From the NCBI GenBank assembly GCA_046482735.1, contig JAWOEL010000080.1, positions 2,124 to 66,123 on the forward strand: a DNA stretch of 64,000 bases, given 5' to 3'. Origin of the DNA: Bacteroidales bacterium (GTDB taxonomy: Bacteria > Bacteroidota > Bacteroidia > Bacteroidales > UBA1715). The stretch's first letter is position 1, and each line of letters opens with the position of its first letter. Shown piece after piece: positions 20,501-30,082 of the stretch. Both the position numbers and the translations under genes were made by a program. The notes beneath the pieces are model-generated. The model had not been told where the DNA came from, did no database searches, and saw only the letters and a program-made list of their open reading frames with translations.

Positions 20501-21374
20501 CATCTTCCCAACGTGCGTTTGCAGGGTAAAACGAGCTAGCAGCAACGGTTCCACCCTGGTTAGACTTTGCATATTGATATGCATATTCAGCATGTGTTAA
20601 ACAGGTTGCAGCGTATGCCGGGTCGAATGGTTCATACACACGAGCCATTAAAGCAAGTGTTGCTGCACAGTTAGATGGCATGGATGCATCGGTGGGGTTT
20701 TTAACAAAATCACGTGAACCATCTGCTTGTCCGCCTTCAGATTTTGGTAATGTTGCCATAGCAACAGATGTTACCCAATTTTTATGGTCGGCAGCACCAT
20801 TTCCTACTTGAGAGTAAAATGTTGTGGGGTTTGGGGCACATTGTATAAGAAAATCTGTTTGATATTTAAGCTCATCAAGAATGTCGGGAATACCATTGGG
20901 TTCTCCTTTTCCACCTTCCCAGCTGAAATCATCCGAAGATTGATACCCGGTATAGTCAAAAGAATAAAAATCGTCGAAGCCTTCCGGAAATTCGGCATAT
21001 GCTTTTAATAATGTATATGCCGCATAAAAGTATGTTTGGCCGAATTTTACATGATCACCGCAATCAACCCATCCGCCTTCGAGACTGTGGGCACCATCGG
21101 CGTCGTCTGTAAAACATTTGCCGGGTTGGAGTTTGCTTACATCTGCACCCTTTGAAGATTCCAACAAACTCATATCTTCCGAATTTGGGGTGTGATCCAT
21201 TATTAACCAATTGGGGCCATCGCCCGAACGTTGCCCGCCATACATACGTGTTGTCATCCACAATGCTTTTGTGTAGTCTCCATTTGTTAAATCTTGTGCT
21301 ATAACAAAGGTGTTAACATTGCAACATAATAAGAAAATACCTAAGATTTTTGTAAATGTTTTCATGCGATTCAA
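17574..21374 (-). CDS. secreted multidomain glycoside hydrolase family 9 (endoglucanase-like) with Ig-like repeats, an unassigned beta-sandwich region, FN3 and a duplicated C-terminal module
   Basis: Signal peptide, then GH9 signatures GGWVDCGDHVKFG (coded at 21039-21077), AQHPHHRN and YETSEGGIDYNAG. Downstream are Ig-like modules ending in Cys-containing strands (YTCEIAETSG, YSVTVSAAGC) and an FN3 domain (FSVSWGASTDNVEVTEYEVYLDG...YAIKVRAKDAAGNSS). The C-terminal duplicated motifs are LQTGWNLISIQ and LQAGWNMFSHP. Confidence 0.85.
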   Translation of the reverse strand: MNRMKTFTKILGIFLLCCNVNTFVIAQDLTNGDYTKALWMTTRMYGGQRSGDGPNWLIMDHTPNSEDMSLLESSKGADVSKLQPGKCFTDDADGAHSLEGGWVDCGDHVKFGQTYFYAAYTLLKAYAEFPEGFDDFYSFDYTGYQSSDDFSWEGGKGEPNGIPDILDELKYQTDFLIQCAPNPTTFYSQVGNGAADHKNWVTSVAMATLPKSEGGQADGSRDFVKNPTDASMPSNCAATLALMARVYEPFDPAYAATCLTHAEYAYQYAKSNQGGTVAASSFYPANARWEDDYISACAELYWATGNEDYKNEALDTRGPSDNRNIDNHNYTYCYNNNDDVAAYNLALLGDSYGETLFEEFALMYKADVGSNDLYTGGDGTWGPLRYNANAAFIVGLWQKYNNDTIVDKFIYDQVDYILGSNTANFSFVVGFNREGCGSCNSAQHPHHRNVFLSDNIMAEQDTLVIPTRNAQHGYMIGGSRDPNFTEDIGNYETSEGGIDYNAGLVAALGYIISMDNPVDINQFGHPTPELGDELTLCGTGEATITATTDLSSLQSGESITYKWYKGSSSTPFNEGANLTSVTVTEADTYTCEIAETSGAWTTSDDIVVSAELPTVDLGADAELCEETTKTLDAGVSGTGINYAWSIDGSVIPDATAQTYTAYNAGTYSVTVSAAGCTDKTDDIIITSLLPEVQHDTICEAGTVNLAVSTPGTYEWYDSQTGGTPLETETTYSTTISESTTFYVQDASSFDGTAGASTTVGSSTNDWGVSDDLHMAFTVGSDFTVHSMKLFVGSVYGDGSGTVTVEILDGNGNAFSPAKTFTSDPINIETGMAGSLVEFSFGNFTVEKAWGENLRIRLSSVDFNGSLSFHNSGASYPYESSPSGIVTLTGAYQGTTSNSNYYLYFYDWQISAGSTCGRTPVLGIIDPNADCGDTQAPTTPGTISFSDITLDSFSVSWGASTDNVEVTEYEVYLDGTLYETVSGTSTSTTVSGLDCNTEYAIKVRAKDAAGNSSDFNTESITSTEYLNAPIVSSPVKYTVGETATQLTAENITGSSLLWYTSPTGTGNPTAPEPSTTSEDTTSYFVTQTLSGCESPQAQIDVIVTSDVISQTIPLQTGWNLISIQLEPINASIDTLFADIMNNVDLIKNADGFYKPGQALSLQSLQTFELGKAYLVKMNTASDLIISGTQVESGSISLQAGWNMFSHPQSDSTSGSIENTLYPLINDVIILKDFNEFYDANDNTGTLDEVLPGKGYYLYLNSENTFSW

Positions 21375-21521
21375 TTATTAATTTATCCTTATATTCTGTT
21401 TAATAACAATTATGGATAGGGAATGCCCTATGTATATCATAATTGATAAAAATTAAAATGGAATATATGTTATTAAACGTATATTTAGTATTAAACGCAA
21501 AAATAAATAAATATTTCTGTT

Positions 21522-21881
21522 TTATTGTAAAAATATATACGAAACAACTTGCATAAGGATATATATGGAGAGCATGAAAAATCCTAAATACAATATAAAA
21601 TGAAAGTTTTTTTGAGTTTGTTTTTGTGGGGTAGAGTTTTGAGAAACAAAATGTTCCCAGTTTTGGTATTGAGCAAATTGTGCCAGTGCATTTTTGTCTT
21701 CTAGTGCAATATCATTTTCTGATAATGTGTGCCGATACATGCTATAGAGAGTTTGGGAATCTATTTTATGACCTGTTTTTAAAGCAATTCTGTCAGATAA
21801 GTCATCTGCTATCCCCTGAGTTAATCCTCTGTTTAAGAATTCAGTTTTATTTATTGCTTGTTGCAGGCAGAGTTGTAACAT
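21522..21881 (-). CDS. hypothetical C-terminally membrane-anchored protein
   Basis: A 119-aa ORF with one C-terminal TM helix (FHFILYLGFFMLSIYILMQVV). It lies between lpxB and the GH9 gene on the same strand. I recognise no family. Confidence 0.4.
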   Translation of the reverse strand: MLQLCLQQAINKTEFLNRGLTQGIADDLSDRIALKTGHKIDSQTLYSMYRHTLSENDIALEDKNALAQFAQYQNWEHFVSQNSTPQKQTQKNFHFILYLGFFMLSIYILMQVVSYIFLQ

Positions 21882-21892
21882 ACAAGGAAGTA

Positions 21893-23017
21893 TTATTTAA
21901 CGAATAAGTATTTTTGAATTAAATCTGCAGTTCTTTTCGCAGTTCCATTATGTCCTAATTTATGTTGTAACACCTTATATGAATTGAATATGTCTTTCCG
22001 AAAATCAGTGTCAAATAAAATTTTAGTCAGAGCTTTTTTAAGGTTTGCTGCATGCATATCTTTTTGTAACAGTTCCGGAACAATAGATTTATTCATTATA
22101 ATATTTGGAAGTCCTAAGTATGATAGATTAACCAACATTTTAGCTATATAAAATGTAAAAGGATTTGTTTTGTATACAACAATTTGTGGAATATGAAAAA
22201 GTGCAGTTTCCAAAGTAGCTGTGCCCGAAACAACAATAGCAGCATCTGATTTTGTGAGAAGTTCATATGTTTGGTCAAAAACGACAGATACATTATGTGC
22301 AGAGATGTATTGTCGGTAAAAATCTTTTGAAAAATGAGAAATACCGGCAATTACAAATTCATACTCATGGAAGTCTTCAGATATTTGTTGCATTGTAGTA
22401 AGGTTGTCTCGTATTTCATATTCCCGGCTCCCTGGTAATACTGCGATAATTTTTTTGTCAGGAAGATTATGTGTTTTGATAAACGAAGCTTGTGAGTATT
22501 TTTGAGAAAAATTGTGAATTGCATCAATCAATGGGTGTCCGACAAAATCAACATCATAATTGTGTTTTTTGTATGTGTCTTTTATAAAAGGGAGTTCAAC
22601 AAACATATGATCTATATATTTTTTTATTTTGTGAACTCGTTTTTCTTTCCAAATCCAAATAGTCGGTGAAATATAATAAAATGTAGGTATTCCTAATTGC
22701 TTTACAAAAGGAGCAATTTTTAGGTTAAACCCGGGAAAATCTATAAAAATAACAGCGTCTGGTTTGTGTATTTCTATATCTTTTTTGCAGAAAGTAATGT
22801 TCGATATTATTGTACGTAGATGTTTAATAACTTCAACTATACCCATGTGGTCATAGTCTTTGTAATGTTTAACCGGTTCAGTGTGTGTGGCTGCAGCCAT
22901 TTTGTCTCCCCCCCAAAATCTAAAACTTGCATCAGAATCATTATGAATTATTTGTTCAATTAAATGTGCTCCATGCAAATCCCCGGAAGCCTCACCGGCT
23001 ATTAGATAATAGTTCAT
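21893..23017 (-). CDS. lpxB: lipid-A-disaccharide synthase
   Basis: N-terminus MNYYLIAGEASGDLHGAHLI and the GT19 layout (PGSREYEI, SGTATLE). Confidence 0.9.
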   Translation of the reverse strand: MNYYLIAGEASGDLHGAHLIEQIIHNDSDASFRFWGGDKMAAATHTEPVKHYKDYDHMGIVEVIKHLRTIISNITFCKKDIEIHKPDAVIFIDFPGFNLKIAPFVKQLGIPTFYYISPTIWIWKEKRVHKIKKYIDHMFVELPFIKDTYKKHNYDVDFVGHPLIDAIHNFSQKYSQASFIKTHNLPDKKIIAVLPGSREYEIRDNLTTMQQISEDFHEYEFVIAGISHFSKDFYRQYISAHNVSVVFDQTYELLTKSDAAIVVSGTATLETALFHIPQIVVYKTNPFTFYIAKMLVNLSYLGLPNIIMNKSIVPELLQKDMHAANLKKALTKILFDTDFRKDIFNSYKVLQHKLGHNGTAKRTADLIQKYLFVK

Positions 23018-23020
23018 ATA

Positions 23021-23308
23021 TTAAAAATTAATAATAACTATAGCAAATATATACACAAAAGTTGGAATGATAATGCCTTTGAGGCTATGGTCGAATTTTT
23101 TGTAATACAACAGACTCGAAAGAATAAATGTTGGAATCATAGACCATATGTATACATTTGTTGCAACATTAGCTCGTGCTAATTTCGACATATATTCTTC
23201 TAAAGAAAGAGTGTCGGTAAACCAAATATACATTCCAAAAAAAGAAATTATAGGTAGAGTTATACCTATTATTATTCCTGTCCAAATATTATCGTAGATT
23301 TTTTTCAT
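23021..23308 (-). CDS. small hypothetical membrane protein
   Basis: A 95-aa ORF with three predicted TM segments, tightly packed between surE and lpxB. Confidence 0.45.
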   Translation of the reverse strand: MKKIYDNIWTGIIIGITLPIISFFGMYIWFTDTLSLEEYMSKLARANVATNVYIWSMIPTFILSSLLYYKKFDHSLKGIIIPTFVYIFAIVIINF

Positions 23309-23312
23309 ACTG

Positions 23313-24080
23313 TTAACTGTTTAAAAATGATAATTTATTCATAGATGCAATATCTGTTTTTTCGATTCTTAAAGGAGTAATGCTCGCATATCCTTCTTTT
23401 AAAAGCCATTCATCTGTTTCTTCGGCATCAGGTTCAACGTTTTTAAATTCTCCGGTAAGCCAGTAATAGTCACGACTATGTGGGTCTGTTCGGTGTTCGA
23501 ATCGTTCAACCCATATGCCATCTGCTTGACGGCTTATGCATGTGCCACGAATTTCAGGTGTATCCGGAAAGTTTATGTTTAAAAAAACGTAGTTTGGAAT
23601 GCCGTTTTGTAATACTTTTTCTGAAATAGAATATACTATGTTCGAATAGCAGGAAAAATCTGCGTGTTTGTCGTGCAATAGGCTTGAAAAAGCAATGGAG
23701 GGTATGTTGTTTATTGCACCTTCTCGGGCAGCAGCAACTGTTCCAGAATAGATTGCACAAATTGATGAGTTGGATCCATGATTAATACCGGAAACAATAA
23801 GATCCGGTTTTTCTGTTTGATAAAATTTATCTAAGGCGAATTTTATGCAATCAACCGGGGTGCCCGACAAACTGTATGTTGTAATTCCTGGTTCGTCACG
23901 GTGTTTTTCTATATTAAGAGGATTGGAAAATGTAATTGCATGAGACATGCCGGAGTGCGGCCTTTCTGGTGCAATGCATAATACATCACCTAACTTTTCC
24001 ATTTCTTTGACTAAAATACTTAATCCGTGTGCATAAATGCCATCGTCATTCGTAACAAAAATTTTTTTTCGGTTTTGCAT
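23313..24080 (-). CDS. surE: 5'/3'-nucleotidase SurE
   Basis: N-terminal IFVTNDDGIYAHGL and GINHGSN motifs characteristic of SurE. Confidence 0.92.
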   Translation of the reverse strand: MQNRKKIFVTNDDGIYAHGLSILVKEMEKLGDVLCIAPERPHSGMSHAITFSNPLNIEKHRDEPGITTYSLSGTPVDCIKFALDKFYQTEKPDLIVSGINHGSNSSICAIYSGTVAAAREGAINNIPSIAFSSLLHDKHADFSCYSNIVYSISEKVLQNGIPNYVFLNINFPDTPEIRGTCISRQADGIWVERFEHRTDPHSRDYYWLTGEFKNVEPDAEETDEWLLKEGYASITPLRIEKTDIASMNKLSFLNS

Positions 24081-24166
24081 AATTAATCTTTATATTTTGT
24101 GTGCTAAGGTACCGAAATTCATTCAAAAAAATGTATTTTTGTCTAACAAAATAAAAAACATTTGAA

Positions 24167-26599
24167 ATGAAAGTTTCTCTGAATTGGATAAAAGATTATG
24201 TACGAATAGATGAAGATGTTGATACAATTTCTCAAATTCTTACTGATATTGGCCTGGAAGTAGAGGGTGTTGAAGAGTATGAGTCTGTAAAAGGCGGTTT
24301 GAAAGGTGTGATTGTCGGAAAAGTATTACGGTGTGAAAAACATCCCAATGCTGATAAACTACATCTTGCAACTGTTGATATAGGACAGGATGAGACGCTA
24401 CCTATTGTGTGTGGGGCACCAAATGTTGCTGCTGGTCAAAAAGTATTGGTTGCGACAGAGGGGACTGTGTTGTATGACGGAGATACTGAATTTCCGATTA
24501 AAAAAGCAAAAATTCGAGGTGAGGTTTCACGAGGAATGATATGTGCAGAAGATGAATTGGGACTGGGTACAAGTCATGATGGTATTATGGTATTGCCGGA
24601 ATCTATAGAGACTGGTATGCCTGCTTCTGATGTTTTTCCGGTTGAACATGATGTTGTGTTTGAAATAGGACTTACGCCTAATAGAATTGATGCGGCATCA
24701 CATATTGGGGTGGCTCGTGATTTGGCTGCTTTTTTTAGTCAGCAGGAAGAATGCAGGGTTCATATGCCCGATGTTTCAACGTTTAAAGAAGGGGAGATAC
24801 ATAATTCTTTTGATGTAATTGTGGAACGCGAAGATTTATGTCCTCGTTATTGTGGTGTTGTATTAACTAATATTTCTGTAAAAGAATCTCCTGCATGGTT
24901 GCAAAATAGATTAAAAGCAATAGGGCAAAAACCAATAAATAATATTGTTGATATTACCAATTTTGTGTTGCACGAAATGGCACAACCGCTTCATGCTTTT
25001 GATTTAGAAACTATTAAAGGAAATAAAATTATTGTAGGAACCTGTGCGGAGAATACTAAATTTGTGACTTTGGATGGGGTTGAACGTGAGTTGTCTGCTG
25101 ATGATCTAATGATAAAAAATACAGAAGATCCTATGTGTATTGCGGGAGTATTTGGGGGAGCTCAGTATGGTGTTACAGATAATACACGCAGTTTATTTTT
25201 GGAAAGTGCTTATTTTAATCCTGTTTCAATTCGTAAAACAGCAAAGCACCATGCATTAAATACTGATGCTTCTTTTCGTTATGAACGAGGGATAGATCCG
25301 AATATTGCAATATATGCTTTGCAACGAGCTGTTGTTTTAATGCAGGATTTAGCAGGTGCTACAATAGCATCGCAGGTGTTTGACTCTAACCCTACACCAG
25401 TAGGTGGTAATAGGATAGAGATATCAATTTCACGTATTCAAAATTTAATAGGAAAAGACATTTCAAAGAGTGTAATGCTTTCTATTTTAAAGTCTTTGGA
25501 TATTTCAATAGTGTCAGACGAGGATGATAAAATTATTCTTGAAGTGCCAGCATACAGAGTAGATGTTACTCGTCAGGAGGATGTTGTAGAGGAAATTTTG
25601 CGTATATATGGTTATAATAATATAGAAATACCGTCAGTAGTGAAATCATCTTTATTGTATTCGGATGAGGTGGATGATACTATGTATAAAAACAAGGTGG
25701 CGGATATGCTTGTTGCCCAGGGGTGGTTTGAGACTATGAATAATTCACTCACCAAATCGGCTTATTATAATCATGTACCATCGTGCAATAAGGAAGAATT
25801 GGTTTCATTATATAATCCTTTGAGTGCCGAACTCGATGTTATGCGCTCGACTTTGTTATTTAATATGTTGGAAGTGGTTTCTTATAATATGAATCGTCAA
25901 AATTCAGATATTCGTATTTTTGAATTTGGTCGTGAATATTATAAAAATCCGCACAAAACAGGAGTTGATTCATATTCCGAATCTCAAAAATTATCTCTTT
26001 GTGCTACAGGAAATTATGTGCCTCAGTATTGGGGTGATTCAGAAAAAAAGGCTGATTATTTTTATGTAAAGAAAACAATTGATTTATTTCTGCACAAAGT
26101 TGGTATATCTAATGTTGTATTTGATTCGTATTCAGATGATTATATTACCGGTCAGGTGGTAAAAAAGGATTCTGTGGAAATTGCTCAATTTGGATTTGTT
26201 TCTTCTCGTTTGTTGCAACTTTTTGATATTGATAAAGAGGTTTTTTATGCTGATATAAATTGGGATAATGTGATTTCATGTGTAGGAACGTCAGAAGTCT
26301 TATATCAACCTATACCTCAATTTCCCGAAGTGAAAAGAGATTTATCTTTATTATTGGAAGATACTGTTACATTTGCTCAGATCGAAAACATAGCAAAACA
26401 AACAGAAAAGAAGATATTAAAATCAGTTTCTTTATTTGATATTTATCAAGGCAAAGGAATTCCCGAAGGCAAAAAGTCATATGCTGTTTCTTTTGTATTG
26501 CAGCATCCGGGTAAAACATTGAAAGATACAGATATCGATAAAGTAATGAAAAAATTAATTTCTGCATATACCAAAACATTACAAGCAGAATTACGTTAA
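24167..26599 (+). CDS. pheT: phenylalanine--tRNA ligase beta subunit
   Basis: An 810-aa protein starting MKVSLNWIKDYV, with a tRNA-binding domain (HPNADKLHLATVDIG), B3/4 and B5 domains, and a C-terminal FDX-ACB domain (FPEVKRDLSLLL). A TATTTTTG -7 box lies at 24134-24141. Confidence 0.95.
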   Translation: MKVSLNWIKDYVRIDEDVDTISQILTDIGLEVEGVEEYESVKGGLKGVIVGKVLRCEKHPNADKLHLATVDIGQDETLPIVCGAPNVAAGQKVLVATEGTVLYDGDTEFPIKKAKIRGEVSRGMICAEDELGLGTSHDGIMVLPESIETGMPASDVFPVEHDVVFEIGLTPNRIDAASHIGVARDLAAFFSQQEECRVHMPDVSTFKEGEIHNSFDVIVEREDLCPRYCGVVLTNISVKESPAWLQNRLKAIGQKPINNIVDITNFVLHEMAQPLHAFDLETIKGNKIIVGTCAENTKFVTLDGVERELSADDLMIKNTEDPMCIAGVFGGAQYGVTDNTRSLFLESAYFNPVSIRKTAKHHALNTDASFRYERGIDPNIAIYALQRAVVLMQDLAGATIASQVFDSNPTPVGGNRIEISISRIQNLIGKDISKSVMLSILKSLDISIVSDEDDKIILEVPAYRVDVTRQEDVVEEILRIYGYNNIEIPSVVKSSLLYSDEVDDTMYKNKVADMLVAQGWFETMNNSLTKSAYYNHVPSCNKEELVSLYNPLSAELDVMRSTLLFNMLEVVSYNMNRQNSDIRIFEFGREYYKNPHKTGVDSYSESQKLSLCATGNYVPQYWGDSEKKADYFYVKKTIDLFLHKVGISNVVFDSYSDDYITGQVVKKDSVEIAQFGFVSSRLLQLFDIDKEVFYADINWDNVISCVGTSEVLYQPIPQFPEVKRDLSLLLEDTVTFAQIENIAKQTEKKILKSVSLFDIYQGKGIPEGKKSYAVSFVLQHPGKTLKDTDIDKVMKKLISAYTKTLQAELR

Positions 26600-26692
26600 T
26601 ACGTTACATTAATATATATTAATTTGTTAAAATAGTGGTTTTTATATTAAAAATAATGTATATTTACCATTATTAGATAGAGTAGTCTAAAT

Positions 26693-29600
26693 ATGAGAAA
26701 GATATCTTTAGTATTAGTAGTGTTATTCGTGTTACATATGGCAACATTTGCTCAGCAGCATGTGCAAAAATTGTTGTTTGAAAGTGTAACTATGGATGAC
26801 GGACTTTCTCAGGTTTGTGTGAATACTATAATGCAGGACACTACTGGTTTTATGTGGTTTGGTACTCAGGATGGATTAAATAAATATGATGGGTATAATT
26901 TTAAAGTATATAAACCAAATTTGCATGACAGTACTTCAATTACCAGTAATAATATTACTTCAATTTTTCAGGATTCATATGGTAAAATTTGGGTAGGAAC
27001 CGTAGGTGGTGGTTTGAATTTATATAATCCGCTTGATGAAACGTTTACTCATTTTATGCATGACTCATCTGATGCTCGTTCTATTGGCAGCAATGATGTG
27101 TATACTATATTTGAAGATTCAGATCAAAATTTGTGGATAGGTACATATGGTGGCGGGCTTAATTTATTTGATAGAGAAACTAAAGATTTTACTGTATATA
27201 AACATGATTCATCTAATCCTCATTCAATAGAAGCTGATAATGTTCGTGCTATTACAGAAGATGATCAAGGTTTTATTTGGGTAGGACTAAATTCCACGAA
27301 TATAGATCATGTTGTGAATAAATTTGACAAATCAACTGGTTTGTTTTATCCGGTTACATCAACTAACAATGATGTTATGGCTATGCATAAGGATAAAAGT
27401 GGAAATATTTGGGTTGGTACATATTATGGCGGTGTTGATATAATAGATCCTCAAACAGAAAAAAGTAGAAATATTACATATAATACATATTCTGATAATA
27501 GTTTATCCAGTAATATTGTGATGTCTTTTTATGAGGATACTGCTACTAATCTAATGTATATTGGAACACGTGCCGGCGGACTGAATATATGTGATATGGA
27601 CACGTATCGGGTTGTGGCAACAGAAACTATACGTGATGATGAGTATTCAATTTCCGGTAATGATATACTTTCAATTTTAAAAGATAAATCCGGTGTTATT
27701 TGGTTAGGCACTGAAACTGCCGGTTTAAATAAATATAATACTGAACGGAAAGATTTTAATATTATTTACCCTAATCAGTTGCACGATTTACCTATATCTT
27801 CAAATAATGTGTTTGCAATTTATGAAGACGATAATAATGGGGTGTGGATTGGTACTCGTGGTGGCGGTTTGACGTATTATAATAAAGAAACCGGGGTAAC
27901 ATCTACATTTCAAAGCAAAAATGGAGATCCGGAAAGTTTTAATAAAATTACTTCATTGGTTTGGGATCCTCGTGGGTATTTTTGGATAGGAACTGATGGT
28001 AATGGTTTTTTTAAATTTAACCCGAAAACTCAAGAGAAAGAGCATTTTTCTTATGATGATGAAAAAGAGAATTCATTGTCGAATGATGCTGTTACAGATA
28101 TGTACTTAGATGGAAAAAACCAACTTTGGATTGGAACTTGGGGAGGCGGTTTAAATAAATTTGTGTATGAAACACAGACGTTTACCCATTATCCTATTGA
28201 TGAGCAAAATTTTATGCGAAATGTTGTGTGGTATATTTATGGTGATGCCGGCGGTAATATATGGGTTGGTACTGGCGGACATGGTCTTGCCAAATTAAAT
28301 CATATGACTGACGAGTTTACTTATTATAAAAAAGACAGACAAGCTATTTCATCTTTAAGTAATGATGTGGTGTATTCTATATTAGAACTACAAAATGGTT
28401 CGTTTTGGGTTGGTACCGGTGGTGCCGGAATTAATAAGTTTGATAGGGTAAATAAGTTTAAGTCTTATACTAAAATGAGTCATGGTCTTACCAATGATAT
28501 GGTTTTGGGTATGCTCGAAGATAATGATGGAAACATCTGGATGAGTACGTATTATGGATTATCTAAGTTTAATCCTGAAAATGAAAATTTTACTAATTTT
28601 AATGAGTTAGATGGTTTGCCGGGTAATTCATTTAATGAGCGTGCGTGTTATAAAGGTCATGATGGAACTTTGTATTTTGGTGGTCAAGAAGGCTTAACGT
28701 ATTTTCAACCTGATAGTATAATTCCTGATTCATATACTGCTCCGGTTGTTATTACCGATTTGAAGATTTATAATGAATCTGTGGGAATTGATGAGTCTGT
28801 AATGGGACGTGAAATATTGTCTCAATCTATTGTTTATGAGGAAGAAATTGAGTTGTCGTATAAACATAATTTTTCTCTTGAGTTTTCTACTTTACATTAT
28901 GCTGCTCCGTCAAAAAATAAGTATAAATACAGATTACTTGGTTTTGAAGATAAATGGACGTTAACAGATGCTAATAAACGCTTTGCAACATACACAAATT
29001 TATCGGGTAAAGAGTATGTGTTTGAAGTTCGTGCTTCTAATAATGATGGCGTGTGGAGTGATGAGATAACACGTTTGAGAATTACGGTAATTCCTCCGTT
29101 TTGGAAAACTACTTGGTTTTATTCTATTATCCTTATTGTTATTGCAATAGGAATTGTGCTTTTTATAAAAATACGCGAACGTCAGTTAATAGCTGAAAAA
29201 CGTAAGTTGGAGCGTATGGTTGATGAGCGTACTCAGGAAATTAATCAACAAAAAGAAGAATTACAGTTGCAGTCTGAATTATTGGTTAAGAATAATGATG
29301 AATTATCTCGTACTAATAGATTAATACAAGATAGTATTAGTTATGCTAAACGTATACAAGATGCTATGTTGCCTAGTGTGGAAACTATACAGCGGTATTT
29401 GCCGGATTCTTTTATTTTGTTTAAACCCAAAGATATTGTGAGTGGCGACTTTTATTGGTTTCTCGAACAGAATGGTGTGTATTATATTGCTGTTTCTGAT
29501 TGTACGGGGCATGGTGTTCCTGGTGCTTTTATGTCAATGATAGGTGCTACATTGTTAAATGAAATAACTAATGAAACGCAAAATCAAAAACCTTCGATTA

Positions 29601-30082
29601 TTATTGAGAAATTGAATAAAGGTGTTATAACTGCTCTAAAACAAAATAAAGATGGTAATCCTGAATCTCAGGATGATGGTATGGATATAACTATTTGTGC
29701 TATAAAACCTGAGGAGCAATCTGTTCAGGTGTCGTGTGCAAATCATGTTGTGTATGTTATGTATAATGATAAAATAGATGTGTTAGAGGGGGATATTTGT
29801 TCTGTTGGTGGATTGTTCTCTGCTGAAGATAAGGGATACACAAATCATGAATTTAAATACAAACCGGGTATGTGCATTTATATGTTTTCTGATGGATATC
29901 AGGATCAGTTTGGTGGTCCACATAATAAAAAATTTATGGCTACACGGTTTAAAGATTTATTATTCGAGCATCGGGATTTGTCGATGAAGGAACAAAAAGA
30001 AATTTTTGATAAAACTTTTGAAGATTGGAAAGGTACACAACGACAAATAGATGATGTTGTCGTGACTGGTATTAAATTGTAA
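26693..30082 (+). CDS. membrane sensor: two-component-regulator beta-propeller repeats + Y_Y_Y domain + TM helix + coiled coil + PP2C/SpoIIE serine phosphatase
   Basis: Signal peptide and at least 10 repeats of the WIGTxGGGLNxY/F type, followed by a Y_Y_Y-like region (YKYRLLGFEDKWT). The TM helix is WFYSIILIVIAIGIVLFI. The cytoplasmic SpoIIE/PP2C motifs are SGDFYWF, DCTGHGVPGAFMSMIG, DGMDITICAI, SDGYQDQFGG and DDVVVTGIKL. Confidence 0.85.
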   Translation: MRKISLVLVVLFVLHMATFAQQHVQKLLFESVTMDDGLSQVCVNTIMQDTTGFMWFGTQDGLNKYDGYNFKVYKPNLHDSTSITSNNITSIFQDSYGKIWVGTVGGGLNLYNPLDETFTHFMHDSSDARSIGSNDVYTIFEDSDQNLWIGTYGGGLNLFDRETKDFTVYKHDSSNPHSIEADNVRAITEDDQGFIWVGLNSTNIDHVVNKFDKSTGLFYPVTSTNNDVMAMHKDKSGNIWVGTYYGGVDIIDPQTEKSRNITYNTYSDNSLSSNIVMSFYEDTATNLMYIGTRAGGLNICDMDTYRVVATETIRDDEYSISGNDILSILKDKSGVIWLGTETAGLNKYNTERKDFNIIYPNQLHDLPISSNNVFAIYEDDNNGVWIGTRGGGLTYYNKETGVTSTFQSKNGDPESFNKITSLVWDPRGYFWIGTDGNGFFKFNPKTQEKEHFSYDDEKENSLSNDAVTDMYLDGKNQLWIGTWGGGLNKFVYETQTFTHYPIDEQNFMRNVVWYIYGDAGGNIWVGTGGHGLAKLNHMTDEFTYYKKDRQAISSLSNDVVYSILELQNGSFWVGTGGAGINKFDRVNKFKSYTKMSHGLTNDMVLGMLEDNDGNIWMSTYYGLSKFNPENENFTNFNELDGLPGNSFNERACYKGHDGTLYFGGQEGLTYFQPDSIIPDSYTAPVVITDLKIYNESVGIDESVMGREILSQSIVYEEEIELSYKHNFSLEFSTLHYAAPSKNKYKYRLLGFEDKWTLTDANKRFATYTNLSGKEYVFEVRASNNDGVWSDEITRLRITVIPPFWKTTWFYSIILIVIAIGIVLFIKIRERQLIAEKRKLERMVDERTQEINQQKEELQLQSELLVKNNDELSRTNRLIQDSISYAKRIQDAMLPSVETIQRYLPDSFILFKPKDIVSGDFYWFLEQNGVYYIAVSDCTGHGVPGAFMSMIGATLLNEITNETQNQKPSIIIEKLNKGVITALKQNKDGNPESQDDGMDITICAIKPEEQSVQVSCANHVVYVMYNDKIDVLEGDICSVGGLFSAEDKGYTNHEFKYKPGMCIYMFSDGYQDQFGGPHNKKFMATRFKDLLFEHRDLSMKEQKEIFDKTFEDWKGTQRQIDDVVVTGIKL

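Noticed and set aside
21413-21430. A small palindrome, ATAGGGAATGCCCTAT, lies upstream of the GH9 gene.
   Set aside because: It has only a 6-bp stem, no adjacent T-run on either strand, and occurs once. That is insufficient to call a terminator or an operator.
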